64,000 nucleotides of DNA from NCBI GenBank assembly GCA_016935665.1, contig JAFGQN010000148.1:69384-133383 (forward strand). Direction: 5' to 3'. Each line of letters opens with the position of its first letter. The first letter of the stretch is position 1. Below, piece after piece: positions 28,995 through 36,534 of this stretch. The stretch is from Deltaproteobacteria bacterium (GTDB taxonomy: Bacteria > Myxococcota_A > Polyangia > JAAYKL01). A program made the translations under genes and the position numbers. The notes below the pieces were generated by a model. It was given only the letters and a program-made list of their open reading frames with translations, was not told where the DNA came from and searched no databases.

Positions 28995-30767
28995 CTATTC
29001 AACAATAACAACCAGGGGTTCAGAAATGATTTCAAGGTTGAGGCCGCCGGGGTAGTAGTACGATGTGGCGTGACCAAAGCCCATTACCTGCAGTCCGACC
29101 GGCGCATCTGCTTCGAGGTAATGTTTGCCGTCGCCGGCGGGGCCTGATGTGAGGGGGACTCTATATATCAGCCATCCCGAGTTGTCGATGGGGGCGCCGG
29201 TGACGGTGAGGGCGGCGCCGTCCAGTTGGATTGTGGTGGTGCTTTGCGCCAATATGTCGATGTAATTCTGTTCGTACGAGATTGGGGCCAGAAATGAATA
29301 GTCCATTCTGAACTGTGCCGGGGTGACCATGGCTGAAACGCTCGGCTCTGTACCCGACATGTAGGATACAGCCATGAAGGGATGATTTTCATCCTGCGCG
29401 GTTACCGTAAACGGTGTGGTGCTTTCCACTTCGGCCACCTGCCCGGCATTAAGTGAAGTTGGCGCCCCCGTTGGGACTGTGGCGCCGTAGGTGAGCACCG
29501 TGCCGTCCACACTGCCCACCAGACGCACCCGGTGGGCGACCGCAACTCCTGTTGGACCGGTGGGCGGCGCAATCAGATAATGATGTCCCAGCGCTTCTGC
29601 CGGTAGAACCGATTCTTCCACGTGGTCGGCACTGGAACCGAATTCCAGAATGGGACTCAGGCCGATGACCTGAACGCTTTTGTAATTCAGATTCGCGTCA
29701 CTGCCGGGATTGGCGGCGTCCAGTCCCACCACCGCGCTGCCGGATAAATCCGCGTGGTCCATTCCGGATGCGCCCGCAGCGCCCAGCAGCTGGACCACAT
29801 CGCCCGCGTTCATGGTGTATTCCACCACTTCACCTGCAGCTGTGGCTGCAACGCCTGTGCCCGCAGCAATCCCGCCGGTGAGCTGGACGCGCACAAGCGT
29901 GTTGTCCTGTGTGGCGGTAATGGCAATTGCCCCTGGCGCATCGCCCCAGGCGCCGCCGTTTTCACCGCCGTAGGTAAACACGCGATAAGAGCCCGTCAGT
30001 GCCGTGCTCGGCAGCAGCAGCGAGGCATCGTTGGTGACCGAAAGACATTGCGTGGGCGTCTGGGTGGACGTCTCCATGCTGTCAATGCATCCGACCGGTT
30101 CCGGATCCAGCTGGTATTCCAGGGGACTGAACTGCCACACGGTAACGGGCGTGCTGCTGGTTAAATGATAGGCCCCGGCGTTCTGTCGCACCGACGCAGT
30201 TGCCCGGTCGCCCGATGTATTGGGATTGGTAAACTGAGTGCCTTTTAAACTTTCCACCCAGGGCAGCACAATGGCGCGCAATTCACCAGCAGGCACGGTT
30301 GTGGCAATGGGCTGCGTCAACGCACCGCCAGTGACCTGCACCGCGGCATCCTGACTGCGGTTGTTGGCCACCACCACTGCAAACTCAAAGCCTTCGCTGG
30401 TCTCATAATTGTACCAAACCTGGTTGTAGGTCACCGTCGGCCAAAAATCGCATCCCTCATAAGTGCGATGCTCGGCCGCCATCTCGCAGGTGAGCACATC
30501 CGAATCTGTCCCGGAATCTGTCGAACCAACAGTATTGGTGTCGTTGTTGTGCGATGGCGTATCCGTATCCTGGCCGGTGTCAGTTGCGGTATCCGCCGTA
30601 TCACCGGTGGCACTGTTTGACGAGGTATCCCCATTTAGCGTTGAGGTATCACCGTCACCTGATTTTCCCCCATCGGAATCGCTGCATCCGGCAACAGCCA
30701 TAACAGCCGCCATTACAACCAGAACGCCAGAAAGAAAACGGCTACGAAAATTCATTGTGCAAATCAT
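28995..30767 (-). CDS. Secreted lipoprotein with an acidic Ser/Thr/Asp-rich linker and a large beta-rich (possibly beta-helix) domain; function unknown
   Basis: An AGGAGG SD precedes MICTMNFRS...MAVAGCSDSDGGKSGDGDTS (lipobox), then a long Gly/Thr/Ala-rich repetitive beta sequence. There is no catalytic motif I can name. Confidence 0.5.
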   Translation of the reverse strand: MICTMNFRSRFLSGVLVVMAAVMAVAGCSDSDGGKSGDGDTSTLNGDTSSNSATGDTADTATDTGQDTDTPSHNNDTNTVGSTDSGTDSDVLTCEMAAEHRTYEGCDFWPTVTYNQVWYNYETSEGFEFAVVVANNRSQDAAVQVTGGALTQPIATTVPAGELRAIVLPWVESLKGTQFTNPNTSGDRATASVRQNAGAYHLTSSTPVTVWQFSPLEYQLDPEPVGCIDSMETSTQTPTQCLSVTNDASLLLPSTALTGSYRVFTYGGENGGAWGDAPGAIAITATQDNTLVRVQLTGGIAAGTGVAATAAGEVVEYTMNAGDVVQLLGAAGASGMDHADLSGSAVVGLDAANPGSDANLNYKSVQVIGLSPILEFGSSADHVEESVLPAEALGHHYLIAPPTGPTGVAVAHRVRLVGSVDGTVLTYGATVPTGAPTSLNAGQVAEVESTTPFTVTAQDENHPFMAVSYMSGTEPSVSAMVTPAQFRMDYSFLAPISYEQNYIDILAQSTTTIQLDGAALTVTGAPIDNSGWLIYRVPLTSGPAGDGKHYLEADAPVGLQVMGFGHATSYYYPGGLNLEIISEPLVVIVE

Positions 30768-31020
30768 GAACACCTCCTGTGTCATCTCGTTCAATGTGAT
30801 AACAGTATAAAGCTGTATGCTTATTTCGCCACCAGTTTATCTGGGATTGCATATGGGCGCAAATAAACATCGCTGAGGCAGTGCGCCGAAATCCGTCGTT
30901 TTGTGACAGTGTTTTGGGTGGTTTGTATGAGGGGGAAATGGGATTTCCATGGCGGGGAAGATTTAGGGATTAAATCTCCACCCCTTTTAAGGTGGGTCCT
31001 TGCCGCAAAAAAAAATCAGT

Positions 31021-32133
31021 TTACGGGAGGTAGTCCTTTATTGCCTTGTACCAGGTGTCCGCCATCCATTTGTAGCCAGTGTCATTGGGATGAACCTGCA
31101 TGGCATCCATCTGATTGGTGGGGAATCCGGTGAAGTGATCGACAAGGAATACGTGCTTCCCATTGGCCGCTTTCGCATCAACTATTCCTGGAATGGCGGC
31201 GTTAAAGGTATCGACGTCGGATGCCCGCATGGGAAGCGGTATGATTTGAGCAACAAATATATATGCATCCGGCACGTTTGAAATGATGTCATCAATCAAT
31301 TTGTCCAATCGCTGCGGCGCACCATTGGGATTGCCGTTCATGTCATTGGTGCCAATATGCAGCAATACGATATGCGGTGGGTCATCCATTGCCGGGCTTG
31401 GAAGCAGCCCATTTATCTGTTCTATTGTCCATCCGCTGTGGCCCTGATGATTTCGAGGAAATGCCTTTCCGTTGTAATCACCACTTCGTCCGTCTGCCTC
31501 ACCACCCACAAATGTGATATTCCTGCTGTCATCAACTGCGAGGCAAAACAGCGGGTAGCGATACCCATCGTTTTGACTCGAACTCATACCAAATGTAATG
31601 GAATCACCAAATGGAAGGATTTTACAGGGCGCGCCATCGGTCGGGCAAGGTCCATCGGAATCGCCATCGGAATCGCCATCCGTGTCCCCATCGGAATCGC
31701 CATCCGTGTCCCCATCGGAGTCGCCGTCGCTGTCACTGTCGCCGTCCGACCCCATATCGCAGCACATGTCGCCCGCATCAGCACCTTCGCAAAGGCCATC
31801 CACCTCAACCGCGCCATTGTATCTCGAGCAGTCGGAGTGGCACTCATTGGGCGCCTCGCACGGTGCAATGTCGCTGTCCGAATCGCTATCGCTGTCCGAA
31901 TCGGAATCCCCATCCGAGTCGGAATCGCCGTCGGTGTCCGAATCACCATCGGTATCTGAATCGCCGTCGGTGTCGCCGTCGGAGTCGCTGTCGCCATCCG
32001 AATCGCCATCGCTGTCACTGTCGGAATCGGCATCGGTATCTGATGTCGATTCACTGCCCCCGCATGCCGTCATTTGTACTACAATCAATGACAAACAAAT
32101 TGCCAGTAGATACCGCATAAAAAACGTATTCAT
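31021..32133 (-). CDS. SGNH/GDSL hydrolase lipoprotein (possible rhamnogalacturonan/carbohydrate acetylesterase) with two poly-(Asp-Ser/Gly) tracts flanking a Cys-rich module
   Basis: The lipobox VVQMTACGG is followed by about 60 aa of DSDGDSD repeats, a Cys-rich module (CEAPNECHSDCSRYNGAVEVDGLCEGADAGDMCCD), a second DSDGD tract, and then SGNH blocks (FGDSITFG ... GTND ... VHPNDTGY). Confidence 0.6.
   Translation of the reverse strand: MNTFFMRYLLAICLSLIVVQMTACGGSESTSDTDADSDSDSDGDSDGDSDSDGDTDGDSDTDGDSDTDGDSDSDGDSDSDSDSDSDSDIAPCEAPNECHSDCSRYNGAVEVDGLCEGADAGDMCCDMGSDGDSDSDGDSDGDTDGDSDGDTDGDSDGDSDGPCPTDGAPCKILPFGDSITFGMSSSQNDGYRYPLFCLAVDDSRNITFVGGEADGRSGDYNGKAFPRNHQGHSGWTIEQINGLLPSPAMDDPPHIVLLHIGTNDMNGNPNGAPQRLDKLIDDIISNVPDAYIFVAQIIPLPMRASDVDTFNAAIPGIVDAKAANGKHVFLVDHFTGFPTNQMDAMQVHPNDTGYKWMADTWYKAIKDYLP
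31665..31730. repeat. 24-bp tandem DNA repeat (x2.3) inside the acidic-linker coding region of 31021..32133
   Basis: catcggaatcgccatccgtgtccc occurs identically at 31665-31688 and 31689-31712, followed by a partial third copy. Confidence 0.85.
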
Positions 32134-32662
32134 TCCATCCTCCCGTGTTTTTTTTACACTTGCCGTTGGATAACCGAAATCAAGTAAGAGAGCCCCTCCA
32201 AATTACAACCTGGCTCAAAATAATATTTTTAATTGCTCTGAATACAGCTGTTTTCCTCAAAAGAAACAAAACAGATAAAAATATGATTGAATCACGCATT
32301 TTGAAGGTTCGAGTCAGTATTTTCTACATTCCACTCATCTGCAGTTTCCAGTGTTCCCGCTCCCAAAAGCGCCTGGCGCCAATACCGCTCACCGGCTGGT
32401 CTGCGAGTTTACTGGGGTTCAGGTCTGTGCCTGTTTTAACGACGTCACCGCCATTTTCAATTTCACTTCGGGCGCGTCGTTGAGCAGCATCTCGCGAAAG
32501 AGCGGCACTTTGTACACATAGTCATTGCCTTCTCTACCCCCAACAAAGTCTCGGGGTATTTCGAACATGTTGAAATCATTAGTGTTTGAAAAATAATCCA
32601 GAAATTTTGCAACAAAATCTCAAAACGGCCGAATAGAGGGGGCTCAATTGGAGGGAGCTCAC

Positions 32663-33628
32663 ATGAGAATGATTCGCTGGCATAACAGAGATTTTGTTCA
32701 TTTTATAACCAACAGAACGCAGCACGAGATGTTCTTTTTGCTGCCTACGCCCAAAATCAACAGCCTCATACTGTTTTGGCTGACCAGGGCCAAACAGAAA
32801 AAGGGGCAGCATATTGAACTGTTTTCATTTGTGTTTATGGCCAACCATTATCACATGCTTTTACGTGACCCCATGGGGGAGCTGCCGGAATTCATCGGAT
32901 ATTTTCAGGGGAATCTCGCCAAAGCAGTAAATAAGGAAATTGGACGTCGCGGTACGTTTTGGAGTCGGGAATATGATGATGTGATTGTGGATGGCGAGGA
33001 AGCATTCATTAATCGGTTTCAGTATATCGCAGCCAATCCCGTAGTTGCCGGTCTGGTGGAGACGCCCGCGGATTGGGGCGGAGTCAGCTCCGTTCCCTTC
33101 GCTCTTTCGCAACGCCCTGTGGAGGGAAAGGGCTTGAATGTGACAGATTACGGGAACGCCACCCGTCATAACCGCGAAGCCAATGAAAAAGACTTTGAGG
33201 AGAGTTACGAATTTCTGCTATCTGCATTGCCAATGCTGGCTGAAAAATCCGACGCCGAGCTACAGGAATTCCTGCGTTCTGCAATTGACACAGCCCCTCA
33301 AAGCGTAAACAAACAACTGCCAGATGGCCCGCCCATGGGCATGAAGAAAATCATGATGCAGTCTCCACTCGATAGCCCCAGCGCACCAGCTGGCAGTCCG
33401 CGGTTCAAATTTTTAACGCATTGCAAAGAACGAAAAAAAGAACTGATTGGATTATATCGGGAATTTGTATCTCAATACCGAAAGTGTACACAGGTGCTGA
33501 TGGCGTATTTTTGTAAAGCACCTGCTGCATTTGCCAGTTCAATGAAAAAAATTACAGGGAAGGCGCCCATAATCATTTGGCCGCCGGGATGCTACGTGCC
33601 ATCGAGACATGAGCCAATTGCAGAGTAA
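32663..33628 (+). mobile_element. REP-associated tyrosine transposase (RAYT; IS200/IS605-like Y1 HUH transposase) with a long C-terminal extension
   Basis: A GGAGGG SD precedes MRMIRWHN.... The HUH motif (MANHYHML), GTFWSREYDDVIV and the RAYT signature YIAANPVVAGLVETPADWGGVSS (compare YIHLNPVRAGLVEHPEDYPWSS) are present. About 170 extra C-terminal residues have no match. Confidence 0.8.
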
Positions 33629-33834
33629 AGAGATTCAAAATTAAAAATTGAGTATTCAAGCTGGAGATTCCAGAGAGGTACAGATGCGTGCTTTTTCATG
33701 CGGATTGTCAATAGAGGAATATCTATCTGGAGAAAGATTGCCCCAAAACGCGTTGGCCAACAATTTAACCATGATAGCGCGCTCCCCCGATTGAAATACC
33801 GCGCCCATTTTTTTTTCAGGAAGACACAACACAG

Positions 33835-34006
33835 AAAATTCATAGCAATTTCAATACATTCGAAATAGCCCGCGAGTTTACTAGGGAAAATTCATAGCAA
33901 TTTCAATACATTCGAAATAGCCCGCGAGTTTACTAGGGAAAATTCATCGCAATTTCAATACATTCGAAATAGCCCGCGAGTTTACTAGGCCCGCGAGTTT
34001 ACTAGG
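33835..34006. repeat. 52-bp direct tandem repeat, 3 full copies plus a partial one
   Basis: The unit aaaattcatagcaatttcaatacattcgaaatagcccgcgagtttactaggg lies at 33835-33886, 33887-33938 and 33939-33989 (1-2 mismatches), then cccgcgagtttactagg again. Confidence 0.9.
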
Positions 34007-34016
34007 TTTTAGGACT

Positions 34017-34300
34017 AGGCACGCTACGTCTCAGATACAGTCCTGCCTGGCGGAGGAGACGTAGCATGCAACGTCTCAGATACAGTACTGCCTGGCGCAG
34101 GAGACGTTGCATGCAACGTCTCTACCAATGGGGGCGACGATGAATAGCGACTCAGTATATCGAACAAGTCCTGTTGCGTTCTGTCGTAGAGACGTAGCAT
34201 GCAACGTCTCAGATACAGTACTGCCCGGCGGAGGAGACGTAGCATGCAACGTCTTAGATACAGTCCTGCCCGGCGCAGGAGACGTAGCATGCTACGTCTC
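34017..34300. repeat. REP-like palindromic repeat array: 45-bp units (x4 plus partials), each carrying the hairpin GAGACGT-AGCATGCA-ACGTCTC
   Basis: Units lie at 34025-34069, 34070-34114, 34202-34246 and 34247-34291, interrupted by about 70 bp of unique sequence. The stems carry compensatory-looking variants (gtagcatgca / gttgcatgca / gtagcatgct). Confidence 0.85.
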
Positions 34301-34519
34301 TACAGATGAAACATCATGTGGGCAACGAATAAGATTCGCAGGCATGGGGTCACGCTTCAACGTAATCCGGGCGAGGATTGTTGCGCGGTTTTACCGCGGC
34401 AGTGCCGAGTATGTGCAATAAACTGTCCGGGCCGCCGGAAATCGAGCGTCGGGGGGCATCCGACCACTGCCCGGTAACAGTGCAATCTGATTTTTAAATA
34501 TGTCTATAGAGATAAACGG

Positions 34520-34845
34520 GCATCCGCCGGGCCTTGAAACCAACCGGAATATGCTGCTGGAGCAGGCAATGGGACCTTTGCTCCGCCTTTTGCATGCTGC
34601 TGGAGGAGAATCTGGACCCGTACATCAGCTGGAACATGCTCCTGGAGGGGGAATTGGGACCTTGAAATCAACCGGAACATGCGCCTGGAGGGAGAATTGG
34701 GACCTCGAAACCAACTGGGACATGCTCGGACAGGGGAAAAAAGTGGTTTGGCCTTTGGAGATATTCCTCCTGGAGCGTGTGATGAGGGCTCGAAGGGATC
34801 TGATTTATATCCCTGGAGGGGAAAAATTTGGTTTGGGGCTTTAAG
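34520..34845. repeat. Third family of degenerate tandem repeats of about 45 bp (core aaccggaacatgcNcctggagggagaattgggaccttg)
   Basis: At least four diverged copies between about 34536 and 34760. The ORF 34500..34844 is a translation artefact of these repeats. Confidence 0.5.
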
Positions 34846-34929
34846 AGGGCGGGCATGGGGGAGAGATTTGGATAAAGGAGAGATTTTGACATGTGTTTTG
34901 AGTGACGGGGGAAGCGCTTCAGAGGTGCA

Positions 34930-35709
34930 TCACACGGCTTGGGCGTTTTCGTCGTCACTGGAATCCGGGGTGTCGGATGCTTCCGGGGCGGCTGTTTTGG
35001 TGCGGGACTGTTTGGCCTCGGTGGTGCGCAGGGGCTGGAGGATGCGGGTGCGCATGTCCTTTGGGAAATTGTAATCCAGCTCCAGCAGGGCGGCAAGGGC
35101 GTTAACGGTGCGAATCCAGCGGTAGCGGGCCTGCTGCAGGTCTCTGGCGGTCACCCGAACTGCTGCGGATTCCTCCTGGAACTGTGCCCGTTTGCGTTCT
35201 GCCGCGCCCAGTTTACGGCCGGATTCCAGCCATTCGGTGAAGAGGTCGTACATGGTTTTGGCGCCAATGGAGACATCCTTGAGCAGGGCCTCAATCTCGG
35301 GGGTCAGCTTTTCCCTGGCCACTTCCACATTGGCGGACTCGGCCAGAAACGATCGCTGAACGCCCATCAACCCTTCGGGCATCAGCACATCGCGCGCTTC
35401 CAAAAGCTGGCTCTTCCTGGGTTCTTCGGACACCGCCGCCATGGCGGTAAACAGACCGTGCAGGGACCGGAATTTGTCATCGTGATCACCGTCGAGCGTC
35501 TGCGTCTGATCGGTCAGGGCCTTTAACTTCTCGCCGATATTGTCGCTGGCCACCATCATTCGCATCACCTCGTTGTGCGAATCGACGATGATGGGGACAA
35601 TGCCGGCGGTCACTGGACATCCTTCCAGCAGTGGCCGGTCCTGCGTGTCATCCGACCACGGTCCGGAAATGGCCAGCATGGTTGAGGCATCAAATGATTT
35701 GTAGGACAT
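34930..35709 (-). CDS. Hypothetical cytoplasmic protein (about 259 aa), helical, acidic C-terminus
   Basis: An AAGGAG SD precedes MSYKSFDASTML. It has no signal peptide and no recognisable family. Confidence 0.45.
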   Translation of the reverse strand: MSYKSFDASTMLAISGPWSDDTQDRPLLEGCPVTAGIVPIIVDSHNEVMRMMVASDNIGEKLKALTDQTQTLDGDHDDKFRSLHGLFTAMAAVSEEPRKSQLLEARDVLMPEGLMGVQRSFLAESANVEVAREKLTPEIEALLKDVSIGAKTMYDLFTEWLESGRKLGAAERKRAQFQEESAAVRVTARDLQQARYRWIRTVNALAALLELDYNFPKDMRTRILQPLRTTEAKQSRTKTAAPEASDTPDSSDDENAQAV

Positions 35710-35998
35710 TGCTTCTCCTTTCCCGCGCCCAAACGGCTCGCCCCCACCGAACATCGCTGCGGCGCAACTAAAGTAACAAAAAAGATTCTCGATAAATGAA
35801 CGATAAACGATTCGATGCGGTCGGCACAAGGAAAAAACATGGAAAACCTTAAAATTCTGATTTTACAGAAAATGACACCTGTGCGGATACTGAGAACGGT
35901 GAAACGCCAGACAGGGTGGGGAACAAACGGGTTTGATGATCCATTCCGGACGGATCTTCAGGACGATGCCGGTGTGTTTTTTAATATGGAACCGCTGG

Positions 35999-36373
35999 CT
36001 ACCTTGCCGCGATGCATTCGATTTCGACGAGGACATCGCGGGGCAGGCGACGGACTTCCACCGCGGCCCGGGCGGGTTTGTGTCCGTCGAACAGGCGGTC
36101 GTACACTTCGTTCATTTCGGAGAATGTATTCATGTCCTGCAAAAATACAGTGGTTTTCAGCACGTTTGATTTTGAAAATCCCGCCTCTTTGAGCACCGCA
36201 AATAAATTTTGCAATACCTGTGTGGTTTGCTCTTTAATCCCCCCCGGAACAACGGCCATCGTCTGGGGATGCAATGGTATCTGGCCGCTGCAAAACAGCA
36301 TATCGTTATGCAGTACGGCCTGCGAATAGGGGCCGATGGCTGCGGGAGCGTCCGTTGTATCGATGTATTTCAT
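35999..36373 (-). CDS. ridA: RidA/YjgF-family reactive-intermediate (enamine/imine) deaminase
   Basis: [20 protein letters not shown]...LFCSGQIP... and the C-terminus ...[25 protein letters not shown] are characteristic of the YjgF/chorismate-mutase-like fold. Confidence 0.75.
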   Translation of the reverse strand: MKYIDTTDAPAAIGPYSQAVLHNDMLFCSGQIPLHPQTMAVVPGGIKEQTTQVLQNLFAVLKEAGFSKSNVLKTTVFLQDMNTFSEMNEVYDRLFDGHKPARAAVEVRRLPRDVLVEIECIAAR

Positions 36374-36534
36374 TTTTTTATATCCTTGTTTGTTTCGATC
36401 ACGTTGAGCCGGTGTTTTGTTCATGGACCCGTTTCCACAATTCAATTTAATGCCATAACGCATTTTTGCAGTCGATAGATACGTTTTGATTGCAAAAATT
36501 ATGATTGGCGATCACCTGGCAATAATCGTTTTGT

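Noticed and set aside
34024-34290. ORF 34024..34290 (-) encoding MLRLLRRAGLYLRRCMLRLLRR...
   Set aside because: It is a translation artefact of the palindromic REP-like array. The periodic amino-acid sequence mirrors the DNA repeat.
33835-34300. Possible CRISPR array (regular short repeats near a mobile-element-like gene)
   Set aside because: The 52-bp and 45-bp units are directly adjacent with no unique spacers of regular size. The units are longer than typical CRISPR repeats and include a RAYT-type REP hairpin. No cas genes are nearby.
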